A stretch of 64,000 nucleotides of DNA from Candidatus Bathyarchaeota archaeon (lineage in GTDB: Archaea; Thermoproteota; Bathyarchaeia; Bathyarchaeales; Bathycorpusculaceae): assembly GCA_963720565.1 (NCBI GenBank), contig CAVRFW010000008.1, positions 1 to 64,000 of the forward strand. The letters run 5' to 3'. The notes under the pieces are model-generated. The model did no database searches and was not told where the DNA came from. It worked only from the letters and a program-made list of their open reading frames with translations. This document shows, one piece after another, positions 9,205 through 19,776 of the stretch; the first letter of the stretch is position 1, and every line of letters begins with the position of its first letter. The translations under genes were made by a program, and so were the position numbers.

Positions 9205-9495
9205 CCAAATTTGCATGCACTCGCTATGTCTTTCTAAAGATAATCCCTGATGTTCGACGTGCTTCTATATTATCTTATGTTCTAGCATGTATGCGAAAAG
9301 ATCTTTCCAAATTTTTAAAGAGTCAATTGTACAGAATCAAGAGGGATATGCTATGTAATAGCGGAATTCTCCCCATCCGAAGAACCAGTATAATATTTCA
9401 AAAAAATTGTGCCTATTCCCCGAAAATCTGAATATCCTCAGAAAAAGAGGAATGGAATATGCATCGGATAATTCTGTGCTATGCAGCTACATTGT

Positions 9496-11140
9496 TTAGC
9501 CCATTATCGCCTTCAAGTCTGCTTCAGCGGTCGTTATAGGCATGATATTGAACTTTTCAACCAGTACCTTCAGGATATTCGGCGTTATGAACGCTGGAAG
9601 ACTCGGTCCGAGCCGGATGTTCCTTATTCCCAAGTGAAGCAGCGAAAGCAAGACAGCAACAGCTTTCTGTTCGTACCAGGAAATCACAAGCGATAGAGGT
9701 AAATCATTAACCTGAACCTTGAAAGCGTCAGCCAACGCCAGAGCGACTTTCACAGCAGAATAGGCATCGTTACATTGGCCCATGTCTAGAAGCCTCGGAA
9801 TCTCGTCAATGGTACCCAAATCCTTGTCAAAGAAACGGAACTTTCCACAGGCCAGCGTCAGGATAATAGTGTCTTTCGGCGCTTTCTCAACGAATTCTGT
9901 GTAGTAGCTTCTGCCAGGCTTTGCACCATCGCAGCCGCCCACCAACAGGAAACGCTTTATGTGCCCTTTCTTTACAGCGTCTATGACTTTACCAGCTACA
10001 CTTAACACGGCATTTCTTCCGAACCCAACGGTTACATACTTACCCTCGACGTCCGCTGGGAACCCAGGCAACTCCAACGCCCTATTAATTACGGCAGAGA
10101 AGTCTTTGCCTTTAACATGGGGCGTTCCAGGCCAGCCAACCGGTCCCGAAGTGAAAATATTGCCCTTGTAATTCTCCATCGGCCTCTGTATGCAATTTGT
10201 TGTCATCAGTATAGCTCCTGGAAACGCTGCGAATTCTCTCTGCTGATTCTGCCATGCTGTCCCGTAGTGACCATAGAAATGAGGATATGCCTTCAGTTTT
10301 GGGTAACCGTGGGACGGAAGCATCTCTCCGTGAGTGTAGACGTAAATGCCCTTTCCTTGGCTTTGCTTCAAAACTTCTTCCAAATCGATCAGGTCATGTC
10401 CTGAAACCAAGATTGCCTTGCCCTTCTTGGCGCCAAGAGGCACTTTCGTGGGAACTGGGTGACCGTACGTTTCGGTGTTTCCAGCGTCTAAAAGCTCCAT
10501 TGCGCGGATGTTTATTTCACCGCATTTCAACACCAAACCCACGAAATCATCCACGCCAAGAGACTCGTCCAAAGCAGCAGCCAATCCGTGATGAACAAAA
10601 TCAAAGATTTTTGCGTCCTTCTTCCCAAGAAGGTAAGCGTGGTAAGTGTAGGCAGCCACACCCTTCAAACCGTAGGTCAGAAGCCAGTGGAGCGAGTGAA
10701 GATCAGGATCCTTTGCAGGATCAGATTTTATTCCCACAAGCTTTGCCCTGTCCTACTAAATCCTCTCTGGTTGTCCCCAGAACCAAGGCAACCGGTCCGC
10801 TGTTGAAACCAACAGTTGAGCCCGCTGCTTTAGTCTTCATTAGCAACATTTCCCGTAGTTCAGCGGCTTTTCTAATGTACACGACTAAGTCGTCAGCGTC
10901 GAAATTCACATTCGTCAATGTCGCAAAAAGGGCTTCGCAAGTGAAAATGGCAACTTGCTCTTCTTTCACACCGACCTTTTCGGCCTCTATGGCTAACTGC
11001 GAAACTCCCCTTAGCATGTAGACTAACAAGTCTTGAAGCGCAGCCACCTCAGGAGTCTTTCCACAGACTCCAACAATTGTGCACCCTTGACCTTTAGCCG
11101 TCTGCTCACATTGATAACAAAACATTTGTTCTTGACTCAT
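9496..11140 (-). CDS. hcp: Hybrid cluster protein (hydroxylamine reductase), split by a +1 frameshift near 10740
   Basis: MFCYQCEQTA...GVCGK, SGHDL, YTHGEM, MTTNC, GGCDG, TLACGK, GQCNDAYS, SWYEQKA; two overlapping ORFs. Confidence 0.93.
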
Positions 11141-11211
11141 TATTCAGCAACACCTAGCAAAATACTTCATCGTCAACACAAATAGATGTTTCCCTTAAAC
11201 TTGAGGGAAAA

Positions 11212-12360
11212 CTAAGTGGACGGCGAGGGTCTCGTTCCCAGAACAACAGTCACGTCTATTGTTTGATTGTCTCTGACCAAAGTTATGTTCAAACTCTCGC
11301 CGGGAAGAGTCTTCTCTTCAAGATAGCTCGCCAAGTTATCATTGTTCCTGATTGCGCTTCCATTCAAGGCAATTACAATATCGTCGGGACGTAGACTGCT
11401 TGCTGAAGGACCTCCCCCGACGACTGTTGCTATTCTCCAACCGTAAGTAACAGTCGAATCCATTTGCTGCGCAAGCTCATAACTCATATCTTGCCCTGTA
11501 ACCCCCAGGTAAGAGTGCCCACTGTAAGTACCGGTCGCTATGAGGGCGGATATCTCTCTAAGAATAGTGTTTGATGGAATAGCGAAGCCCAAGCCCTGAG
11601 AATCAGAAACAATCGCCGTTGTTATCCCCACGACGTTCCCGACAGCATTCAACAGTGGACCCCCAGAGTTGCCAGGATTAATAGGCGTACTTGTCTGTAT
11701 AATGTTGGCTATTGAGAAACCCCCAGCGTAGTCCTCAGTGATTGTCCTTCCAAGAGCACTCACAACACCCGTAGTCAAGGAACCCACCAGACCATAGGGG
11801 TTACCAATGGCTATGACTGACTCACCCACCCGCAACGTTGCAGAACTGACTATTTCCACAGGCTTAAATTCGCCCTGGGGAGCATCATTAACAGACAGAA
11901 CTGCCAAGTCAGCATACGGGTCAGTTCCTAGTATTGCCGCCGAGTAGCCATTTCCATTTGAAAAAGTAACGCTCAGGCTGGAAGTATCATGAACAACATG
12001 GTAATTGGTGATTACAACGTTTCTATCTGAATAGAAATAGACGAAACCTGAGCCCTGAACTTCTCCATCGCTCGTGGTTCCTTGAACCAAAACAATCGAC
12101 CCCCTCACGTTACTGTAAATATCCGCTAATGTATTGTCATTCTGATAAATCGTTATGTTTTGGTAAGTAACGTTCTGAGAGACCTGAAGCGTCGACAATT
12201 GACTTTGAAGAGCCACAACTTTATCATTCAAGGCGTTTATCTCGTTGAAGGTTATGAAGAAAATCACCATTCCGCCAACAAGCAAACCCGCGACAAACAA
12301 GAGCGCCATGAGGCTGACGGAAGCCTTTTTGCAACGCTTGAATGAAGGCATCATAACCAC
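11212..12360 (-). CDS. HtrA/DegP-like trypsin serine protease with PDZ domain, membrane-anchored
   Basis: ITNYHVV, DLAVL, INPGNSGGPL catalytic triad motifs; N-terminal TM plus coiled coil. Confidence 0.92.
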   Translation of the reverse strand: MVMMPSFKRCKKASVSLMALLFVAGLLVGGMVIFFITFNEINALNDKVVALQSQLSTLQVSQNVTYQNITIYQNDNTLADIYSNVRGSIVLVQGTTSDGEVQGSGFVYFYSDRNVVITNYHVVHDTSSLSVTFSNGNGYSAAILGTDPYADLAVLSVNDAPQGEFKPVEIVSSATLRVGESVIAIGNPYGLVGSLTTGVVSALGRTITEDYAGGFSIANIIQTSTPINPGNSGGPLLNAVGNVVGITTAIVSDSQGLGFAIPSNTILREISALIATGTYSGHSYLGVTGQDMSYELAQQMDSTVTYGWRIATVVGGGPSASSLRPDDIVIALNGSAIRNNDNLASYLEEKTLPGESLNITLVRDNQTIDVTVVLGTRPSPST

Positions 12361-12402
12361 TTCCTCTAAAGTGACTGATTACCGCCTGAAGATAAAACTT
12401 TT

Positions 12403-13401
12403 CTATTCTCTTCTGTCAATGATGTCTAATGCTTCCGGTCCTGTGCCGACAAGAACAATAGGCACTCCCGTTCGATCTTCAACTTCTTTTATGAACTGTT
12501 TTGCCTCATCGGGTAGGCTGTCAAATTTTCGTGCACCTTTACACTTGGGAAAAATGGTGTCAAGTTTCGTCAAAGCACCTTGCGTTGCACCATTTATCTT
12601 GGCGACTTTTCTGGCCAATTCAAAATCAAAAGGAGCTGAACGCCTATCGCGCCCTGTTCCAGCTGCAACCTCAAACCAGTCTTTCTTTATGGCTTCCTCT
12701 TTCGTCATTTCACCGGGTAGTGGCCCCGCCCCAACTCTGGTTATGAATGACTTATACACTATGAGCACATCGTCAACCCTTGTTGGACCAACTCCCGCTT
12801 CAGACGCAATCGCAGAAGCGCCAGTATCTCTCCCAGTCACATACGGGTAGCTTCCGTGATAGAGCGAAAGCATAAACCCTTGCGTTCCCTCGAGCAAAAC
12901 TTTCTTTCCCGCATCCAAACCGTCGTTAACTTCAGCAACGCCATCAGTTAGAAACGGTTTGAGCTCAGGCACATCCTTGGCGAGTTTGGCGGTTCTTCTC
13001 ACTCGCTCCTCAAGCGAAGGTCCAACACCCCAACCTGTCGTACCTATGCCCTTCAGATGAGCACTGGTTTTGTCTTGAATAGAGTGTTTCTCTTCAATGA
13101 TTGAAGCATTCTGGTCAACGCCCATTCTACCGTACACTCTGGTTAACTCTACCTCTTCAAGCAGTTTGCCAACGTGAACATTTGCACCCGCAGCAATCAA
13201 CAAACGACATTTGTCATATAGAAAAGCAGCCGGAACCATATGCAAAGCATACTTCTTTCCGTCTATCTCCACCGTGTGGGCTGCATTCACAGAACCAGTC
13301 CTCACACAGAAATCCACTTTGTCTTTAAGGGCAAGATAAGAAATTACTTTCCCTTTGCCTTCGTCTCCCCAAAAGGCTCCAACTATAACCGTACACGGCA
13401 T
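12403..13401 (-). CDS. purA: Adenylosuccinate synthetase (short archaeal type)
   Basis: WGDEGKGK, NAAHTV, GIGTTGWGVGP, LEGTQG, TRVGAGP. Confidence 0.96.
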   Translation of the reverse strand: MPCTVIVGAFWGDEGKGKVISYLALKDKVDFCVRTGSVNAAHTVEIDGKKYALHMVPAAFLYDKCRLLIAAGANVHVGKLLEEVELTRVYGRMGVDQNASIIEEKHSIQDKTSAHLKGIGTTGWGVGPSLEERVRRTAKLAKDVPELKPFLTDGVAEVNDGLDAGKKVLLEGTQGFMLSLYHGSYPYVTGRDTGASAIASEAGVGPTRVDDVLIVYKSFITRVGAGPLPGEMTKEEAIKKDWFEVAAGTGRDRRSAPFDFELARKVAKINGATQGALTKLDTIFPKCKGARKFDSLPDEAKQFIKEVEDRTGVPIVLVGTGPEALDIIDRRE

Positions 13402-13522
13402 CTCGCTTCACCGCTCAAAAGCTTCCTTAAGAATTATTTAACCTTGTCGACATTTTCATGGATAATACACGACAAAAATTGCCAATATGAGAAGATACTC
13501 ACGTGCGCGTGGAAACAAGATG

Positions 13523-13831
13523 CTATCGCTCGTAAAGTGACTTTATCGTGCCTGAGACCGCCACTACATGCACCGACGCTTTCGCCCCAGCCAAAAGAGT
13601 AATCGAGGCTAAGGAAGCACGAACCAAACTCAACGTTGAAAGCGCAGTACGAATAACGGCAGTTTTCCCTTCAACATCATACGCGATTAGAACTAAGCCA
13701 GCTTGGCTAGCTCCATATTCGCCATAGAGCTTTGCAATGGAAGCCCAGACTGCGTCAATGAACGCTCTTTCCAGCGGCATTTGTTCAGTTTCTATTTGTA
13801 ACGCCAAGTATCGTCGTTTGACACGTTTCAA
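13523..13831 (-). CDS. rnp2: RNase P protein Pop5/Rpp14
   Basis: KRRYL...LYGEYGAS...VSGTIKSL. Confidence 0.88.
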   Translation of the reverse strand: MKRVKRRYLALQIETEQMPLERAFIDAVWASIAKLYGEYGASQAGLVLIAYDVEGKTAVIRTALSTLSLVRASLASITLLAGAKASVHVVAVSGTIKSLYER

Positions 13832-14562
13832 CAGTCTCTACCTTCCTTAATTATGCGGATCCCAGGCGCAACGAACCCCGAGCTGAGTTTTCCCCGGTTG
13901 CGATCTACGATTGAGCACGGATTTTTCGAAACAGCATCCAATGCTTCTGAAGTACCTAAACCAGTTAACCCGGCTAATGCAGCCATTTCTCTGGGTCTGC
14001 GCAAAAGCCACTCATCTCCAACGCCGCTAGAAACAACGATAGGCACGTGAAACTCTATTGCAACTGCCGCTTCCCTCCGAAGATTCGAAAGCAGTCTAAT
14101 TCTTGAAGGACCTTCCAAGACCAGAAGCGGCTTAATATCAATCTCTAAAGCTGCCAAACTGTTGCTGGCTAATTCAGCCTCAGCCCTGTCAAAGAACCTT
14201 CTGCGAAAATCCAGCGAGGGAAAACTCAACAGGTCCACACGGTGATCTTTAGCCGCCTGTCTAGCAACTTCCTTGTTCTCACAAGCTACACAGACAACCT
14301 CGAATCTCCTCCGCAACTTTCTCAGCTGACGCATAAGATCATTCTGCGATTTTGGCCTCAAATCCACCCGCGAAACATAATCTACACCAGCATCCACGCA
14401 GCAAGCTCGAAGTTTCGAGATCTCAGTTTCAGGCGTCTCCGACCAGAACGGAACTGAAATAAGCTTGTATCCAAGCTCGGATGCCTTGCGTATTATTTGG
14501 GAAGAAGCCGCAGAGTCTTTTGCATTGACACACAAGTGTAAATCCGCGAAGACTCTCGTCAT
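13828..14562 (-). CDS. rnp3: RNase P protein Rpp30
   Basis: FADLH, AAKDHRVDLL, ALEI, PIVVSSG...LRRPRE; operon context. Confidence 0.88.
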   Translation of the reverse strand: MTRVFADLHLCVNAKDSAASSQIIRKASELGYKLISVPFWSETPETEISKLRACCVDAGVDYVSRVDLRPKSQNDLMRQLRKLRRRFEVVCVACENKEVARQAAKDHRVDLLSFPSLDFRRRFFDRAEAELASNSLAALEIDIKPLLVLEGPSRIRLLSNLRREAAVAIEFHVPIVVSSGVGDEWLLRRPREMAALAGLTGLGTSEALDAVSKNPCSIVDRNRGKLSSGFVAPGIRIIKEGRDC

Positions 14563-15005
14563 GGCAACAATCCTGCTTCCCTGCAAAGCGTTACGATTTC
14601 TTCCGACGTTTTATTTCTAAAATGGATTTTGAAGTGTATGGGATCATATGAGGCAAAACGCAACTCACCCCTAAACGCGGATTGTTTGTCAAATCTCAAG
14701 TAGAGGTTCCGCTTCTCCAAATGAAGCTCTATTTCGCTGCTCAACGTTTCTTTGTCTAAGGAGGTTAAGCTCAAAGCAATTTTTTTGATAACCGAGGGCA
14801 ACGCTTCTTTCTCAGCTAACCTGGCTTCAATAAGAGTGATAGGATTGCCATGATGCCCTGTCAAACTGGTCTTCTGAAAAACTGCATTCTCGGCAAGTTC
14901 AATCGGCAACGTGTTTCGTACTGCAATTAGAACCTTGTCGGGGTCTTCCGTCGCATGGGAAAAAACACGAACATCAATGTATCCTATCGGAGTCTTAGAA
15001 GACAC
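14559..15005 (-). CDS. Predicted RNA-binding protein (DUF54/exosome-operon associated)
   Basis: HATEDPDKV, GHHGNPI, LYLRFDKQSAF. Confidence 0.85.
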   Translation of the reverse strand: MSSKTPIGYIDVRVFSHATEDPDKVLIAVRNTLPIELAENAVFQKTSLTGHHGNPITLIEARLAEKEALPSVIKKIALSLTSLDKETLSSEIELHLEKRNLYLRFDKQSAFRGELRFASYDPIHFKIHFRNKTSEEIVTLCREAGLLP

Positions 15006-15038
15006 GCGTTAGCACCGCTCTTCTGTTAAGGGCGGTTG

Positions 15039-15308
15039 CTACTTTTTAGGTTTTTTCTTGCCCTTTTCTTGCTCTATGGGCTTGGGTTTTGGTACAGCTT
15101 TTACCTTGGCTTTCTGCTGTTCTGCGAAGGTTTTTAGTTCTGAGATGTTAGCGTCGTGTGCGGTTTTCCTGCGCGGGTCAACGCGTATTTCGAGCCTTTT
15201 TGCATCTGCCTTGTTCAATCCTGCCTTTTTCAACTCTTCAATGCTGAAGCCTTTGCCAATCCGTTGTTTCCCATCGGGCTTCCGGATTGAAGGCTTGATG
15301 TGATGCAT
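15039..15308 (-). CDS. rpl13e: Ribosomal protein eL13
   Basis: RIGKGFSIEELKKAGL...VDPRRKT. Confidence 0.88.
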   Translation of the reverse strand: MHHIKPSIRKPDGKQRIGKGFSIEELKKAGLNKADAKRLEIRVDPRRKTAHDANISELKTFAEQQKAKVKAVPKPKPIEQEKGKKKPKK

Positions 15309-15309
15309 T

Positions 15310-15891
15310 TTACCGTGCTCCCTTAGCGCCTTTTCGTCTGCTAGGGCGGACTTTTTCTGCACCTATGCCTTTCCTGCGTAAGCTACGAACTTTCTTGCCT
15401 GCACTGGTTAAGCTTCGAAAAACTCTGCCAGTATGCTGTTTCTCTGTTATCCAACCCACATCTTTGTCTGTTTTTATGACTGGATGATTTTTGTCAACGA
15501 GTATAACTTCGAACCACTTGTGGCGTCCATCTTCCCCAACCCAATAACTGTTTAAGACCTCAAGATTCGGGAATTTCTTGGCTGTTCGTTCTTCTGCGAT
15601 AAGCCTCAGGTTTTTTGCGGGTTTGAACTTCTTAACACCCATACGTTTCGGTCTACGTCCTGACCTAGGCCGTTCTTTTCTTAAACCGCCCCTTCTCACA
15701 CTGGTGCGAGCTACAACAAAGCCTTGCTTAGCCTTGTAGCCTAGTTTCCTTGCGCGGTCAAGCCTTGTTGGCCTTTCAATACGCACTACCGTACGTTGCT
15801 TTCGCCACTCGATTAATCGCAGCCGCATGAGCTCATCCAAAAATGATTTCTCTGGTTTAGCCCATTCTTCGGCCATGTATTTGTATGCCAT
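15310..15891 (-). CDS. rpl15e: Ribosomal protein eL15
   Basis: [42 protein letters not shown]. Confidence 0.97.
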   Translation of the reverse strand: MAYKYMAEEWAKPEKSFLDELMRLRLIEWRKQRTVVRIERPTRLDRARKLGYKAKQGFVVARTSVRRGGLRKERPRSGRRPKRMGVKKFKPAKNLRLIAEERTAKKFPNLEVLNSYWVGEDGRHKWFEVILVDKNHPVIKTDKDVGWITEKQHTGRVFRSLTSAGKKVRSLRRKGIGAEKVRPSRRKGAKGAR

Positions 15892-15923
15892 TTTTCTTTT
15901 CCACCTTAACTGTTGAAAGTTTG

Positions 15924-15972
15924 CGGTTCAGCCTTTCGGCCACATCCCAGCGGACAAGGTTGTCCGCCAACC
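15924..15972 (-). promoter_or_regulatory. Candidate eL15 ribosomal-protein leader RNA
   Basis: CGGTT-[GGCGGACA ACCT TGTCCGCT]-GGGATGT-[GGCC GAAA GGCT]-G-AACCG forms a three-way junction ~30 nt upstream of rpl15e. Confidence 0.65.
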
Positions 15973-16204
15973 GTTCCAATGCTAGCTTCGCGGTTAAAAA
16001 TAAACCTTTTGAATCAGATTACAAATTTCCAGAAACACACTTTTAATTCCCAAAGCAATTTGAAGACAACGAAGAAAAAAGCTAATCGAACAGCCTTCAA
16101 CAGGTTTTCGCGCGTCCACAATTTTGCTCGAAGAGTCCTTTAGGCAAGTCTATGGAGTACATCTAGCCACACGTTACGCCAATTCTGACGGCCTCAGGTG
16201 ATTT

Positions 16205-16765
16205 TCAAGCTTTGCGGGTGACTATTGTCTCAGAGATATAATTGAAGATTCTTTGCTTCTTTTTCGGGTAAAGAAACCAGCCTAGCAACAAATCCAAAGG
16301 CAACAAGAAAGCTTTTCCAAGACTTTCCAAGGCAGCATTACCTAACCCCGCCTGGGAACCATCCAATCTCGTAACCCTTAACCGCATAACCATTTTTCCA
16401 AATGACTGACCATAAAAGCTCTCCATGAACATCCAATACAGAAACAACACAACACCGTTAAGGTTGAGGTTAAAGAAAGGAATCCAGCTAAGCCAACCAG
16501 GCAACGCAGATAAACTGTAGGGCGTCAACATGCCCAAGACACCTGTAATGGCTCCGATAATCACGACATCTATCAACCACGCAACAAAACGTTCCCACCA
16601 TAAAGCCAGTTTCGGCTCAGACGCACTTGGCGCCAGCGGCGCTACAGATTCAGCCGAGACTTCAACAGATGCTACAGGAGTTCCGCATATAGTGCAATAT
16701 TTCGCGTCATCTGGGATTGCAGCTCCACATTTCTTGCAAAACGGCATTACTAATCCTCGGTTCAA
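16205..16765 (-). CDS. RDD-family membrane protein with N-terminal zinc ribbon
   Basis: FCKKCG...YCTICG; WERFVAWLID, GQSFGK, KQRIFN. Confidence 0.88.
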   Translation of the reverse strand: MNRGLVMPFCKKCGAAIPDDAKYCTICGTPVASVEVSAESVAPLAPSASEPKLALWWERFVAWLIDVVIIGAITGVLGMLTPYSLSALPGWLSWIPFFNLNLNGVVLFLYWMFMESFYGQSFGKMVMRLRVTRLDGSQAGLGNAALESLGKAFLLPLDLLLGWFLYPKKKQRIFNYISETIVTRKA

Positions 16766-17005
16766 TAATACAATCTACAACTATTTCTTCTTTTCCAGTT
16801 CTCTCTGCCTAAGAAAAGACGTTGTTGCCGCCTAGGTTAGTTTTGGCCAGTCGTCTTTCAGATGAGGGATGTTGGCAGCACAGAGTGACAACGCGAGATG
16901 AACGTGAACGATAACATGAGGTTGCTTCGAGCTAAGTGATCTCAGTTATTCCGAGTCAAGACCTAAATGTTTAAAACTTCCTTGCAGCATTAAAAACGCG
17001 TTAGG

Positions 17006-17257
17006 GTGAACATTTTGGGAGAAACACTCAAAACTATCACATCAGAAGAGCTAAAACAGTTTGACGGAAAGGACGGCAAACCTGCGTACATCGCTTACAA
17101 AGGAAAAATCTACGATATCACGCAGAGCAAACTCTGGACCGACGGTGATCACATGGGCATGCATGCAGCGGGAAAAGATCTCACGGAAGAATTAGACTTT
17201 GCCCCTCACGGTGAAGAAACACTGGGAAGAGTAAAATTAGTCGGCAATCTAGGTTAG
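17006..17257 (+). CDS. Cytochrome b5-like heme/steroid-binding protein
   Basis: EELKQFDGKDGKPAYIAYKGKIYDIT...H...HAAGKDLT...APHG. Confidence 0.88.
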   Translation: MNILGETLKTITSEELKQFDGKDGKPAYIAYKGKIYDITQSKLWTDGDHMGMHAAGKDLTEELDFAPHGEETLGRVKLVGNLG

Positions 17258-17581
17258 GGATTACCTGAAAACACCACGTTTCCAAGAAATCCGTTGATCC
17301 TGCGCGGCTCCAAAGTCACAACAAACTCTTTTCAAAACCTAATTTTTCTGGTCCTCGAAGCTAGTCTAATCCATAATCCTATAGAAAATTTGAAAAGCTG
17401 ATTTCTACAAAGCCCCTTTCCGTTAACGAAAGTCTGCGGCTGAAAAAATGAAAGCAACGGGAACGGTTTATCCGCCCCAAAAGAACAACTATGACGACAC
17501 GGTATCGCCATGCCCTCGGTTTGCTTAATAAGGCTTAATAGCTGCTTCATGCCTTTTCCATTAGTAACCGTGTGATTTTCA

Positions 17582-18853
17582 ATGGTAGACGTTTGGCTTC
17601 CCTACGGCAAGAGCGACGTTTGCGTCAGAGTTCCTGCTAGAAACTTGCTAGGTTCAATCGAACCCAAAGAGACTGCAGGAGTTCAAGACTCGAAGGCTGA
17701 GGTTGAACGCGCTTTGAGAGAGGTTATAGGTTCAAAACGCCTGAGCGAAATCGCCAACAGCGAGAGTAAAGTGGCGATCGTAGTTGACGACATGACCAGA
17801 CACACGCCTACATCAATAATGATTTTGCCTGTGCTTTCGGAACTGCAAACGGCAGGCGTTAAGGACGAAAACATTACCGTTATCTTTGGTTGTGGCACAC
17901 ACCGCGCTGTCAAACAGGAAGAAGCTGTTAAGATAATTGGCGAGGAAGCTTTTCGTCGAGTTAAAACCGTCAGCCATGACTGCAAGGCGCAAGATTTAGT
18001 GTATGTGGGAACGACCAAAACTCATGGCAACAAAGTCTTCTTGAATCGCATTTTTGCTGAGGCAGACGTAAAGGTGCTATTGGGCGATGTTGGTTTTCAC
18101 TATTATGCTGGCTACGGAGGCGGACGCAAAAGCGTAATGCCCGCTATCTCGAGTGAAGAGACGATAAAACAGAACCATGCTATGCTCCTTAACTCAAACG
18201 CGCGCACCGGATTATTAGATGGAAATCCTGTTCATCAGGACATGACTGAAGCTGCAACACTGGCTAAAGTTGACTTCATATTGAACGTAGTAACCAACAG
18301 CAAAGATGAAATCGTCAAAGCCTTCGCCGGAGACGTACAGCAAGCTTTTGGCGAGGCTGTCAAACTTGTTGATGAAATGTACCGCGTGAAAGTAGACCGC
18401 AGAGCAGACATTGTTGTTGTCAGCCCAGGAGGCTATCCGTCAGATATTAACCTGTATCAAGCACACAAAGGATTGGACAATGCGCTTGAAGTGGTGAAAC
18501 GCGGAGGAGTCATAATTCTCGTTGCCGAGTGTGTAGAAGGACACGGAAACCAAGTGTTTTACGACTGGATGAAGCGTTTCAAAGACCTGAAAGAAGCGGA
18601 ACGCGAAATAAAGCGCAACTTTGCCATGGGCGGGCACAAGGCGTACTACCTGCTCAAGGCCCTTCAGAATCATCAAATCATTCTTGTTTCCTCGTTACCT
18701 GACTATTATGCTTCGAATATTTTCAGGCTTAAGACAGCAAGAGCGGTAAATGACGCTTTGGGAGAAGCTATGAAGCTGGCTGGATCTCAGGCAAGAGTTT
18801 GGACAATGCCTTATGGCAACTTTACTTTGCCAACGGTCCAATCCACAGACTAA
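17582..18853 (+). CDS. larA: Nickel-pincer-dependent lactate racemase family protein
   Basis: DDMTR, GCGTHR, SHD, FHYYAGYGGGRKS, NH, GGYPSDINLYQAHKG. Confidence 0.9.
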   Translation: MVDVWLPYGKSDVCVRVPARNLLGSIEPKETAGVQDSKAEVERALREVIGSKRLSEIANSESKVAIVVDDMTRHTPTSIMILPVLSELQTAGVKDENITVIFGCGTHRAVKQEEAVKIIGEEAFRRVKTVSHDCKAQDLVYVGTTKTHGNKVFLNRIFAEADVKVLLGDVGFHYYAGYGGGRKSVMPAISSEETIKQNHAMLLNSNARTGLLDGNPVHQDMTEAATLAKVDFILNVVTNSKDEIVKAFAGDVQQAFGEAVKLVDEMYRVKVDRRADIVVVSPGGYPSDINLYQAHKGLDNALEVVKRGGVIILVAECVEGHGNQVFYDWMKRFKDLKEAEREIKRNFAMGGHKAYYLLKALQNHQIILVSSLPDYYASNIFRLKTARAVNDALGEAMKLAGSQARVWTMPYGNFTLPTVQSTD

Positions 18854-18966
18854 ACCCGTCGATAGAACGCTTTTTTGAGCACAGATTCGAAAAACAATTA
18901 AGCATAATACAAATTGTAACGCAAACTTTAAGTTTGGTATAGAAATCTCGTTTAAGAGGCGAAAAG

Positions 18967-19443
18967 ATGCAACAAACCTTCAAGCTGCGCAAGTTCGTGC
19001 CTGATGATCTGCAGAGTGTGATTCAAATCAACCGAGTCTGCCTGCCTGAGAACTATACAGATTACTTCTTCATTGATCTCCACCAGCGATTCCCAGAAAC
19101 ATTCATCGTTGCGGAGGAAAACGGGACAATCGCAGGCTACATAATGTGCCGCATAGAGGTCGGGCTTTCGAACTTCGGTTTGACAGGATTGGTCAGAAAG
19201 GGGCATGTTGTGTCTATCGCAGTTTTGCCCCAAGGAAGACGCAAAGGCATAGCTACAGCGTTGATAAAAACAGCTATCGATGGTATGCGCTACTATAAAG
19301 CAAAGCAGTGCTTCTTGGAGGTCAGAGTAACAAACGGCTCAGGCGTATCACTTTACAAGAAACTAGGCTTTGACGTAAGCCGAACCGTAAACGGTTACTA
19401 TTCAGATGGCGAAGACGCATACGTGATGAGTAAAAAATTGTAA
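18967..19443 (+). CDS. Ard1/RimI-type N-alpha-acetyltransferase
   Basis: CLPENY, GYIMCRIE, GHVVSIAV, RRKGIA, LEVRVTN, YYSDGEDAY. Confidence 0.92.
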   Translation: MQQTFKLRKFVPDDLQSVIQINRVCLPENYTDYFFIDLHQRFPETFIVAEENGTIAGYIMCRIEVGLSNFGLTGLVRKGHVVSIAVLPQGRRKGIATALIKTAIDGMRYYKAKQCFLEVRVTNGSGVSLYKKLGFDVSRTVNGYYSDGEDAYVMSKKL

Positions 19444-19672
19444 GATATGTTTCCAAAGACCACATCGAAGAAATCATTTGGGCTGTTCTTTTGATTTTTT
19501 CCAGTTCTTCTTCCAACTCTCTAATCTTCTTCTTAAGCGCTTCATTCTCTTTCTCCAAAGCCCTAATCTTAGCCAAATCTTGTAAGTTTCGATGTTCTTT
19601 CTTTTCTTCATCGATTCTTTTGTCATCAACCCATGGCGGTGTCCCGCTGCTTCCCCAACCCAATTGTTCCAC
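19322..19672 (-). CDS. Hypothetical coiled-coil protein (3' end uncertain)
   Basis: Heptad pattern IRALEKENEALKKKIRELEEELEKIK; the ~120-nt overlap with ard1 makes the C-terminus doubtful. Confidence 0.45.
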   Translation of the reverse strand: MEQLGWGSSGTPPWVDDKRIDEEKKEHRNLQDLAKIRALEKENEALKKKIRELEEELEKIKRTAQMISSMWSLETYLTIFYSSRMRLRHLNSNRLRFGLRQSLVSCKVIRLSRLLL

Positions 19673-19776
19673 CTAACCACAATTGTGCCTCCAACATTTT
19701 AAAACATACCGCAAAAAAAGCTTTAGGCTGAAGGAGAGAACTGCAAAACGAAAAACAGTCACCACCATTCTTACCG

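Noticed and set aside
10721..10750. Programmed frameshift in hcp
   Set aside because: No slippery heptamer or stimulatory structure; a single extra base fits the error pattern seen elsewhere.
10254..11021. 255-aa plus-strand ORF
   Set aside because: Antisense shadow of hcp with no recognisable motifs.
12245..12850. 201-aa plus-strand ORF
   Set aside because: Antisense to purA and htrA.
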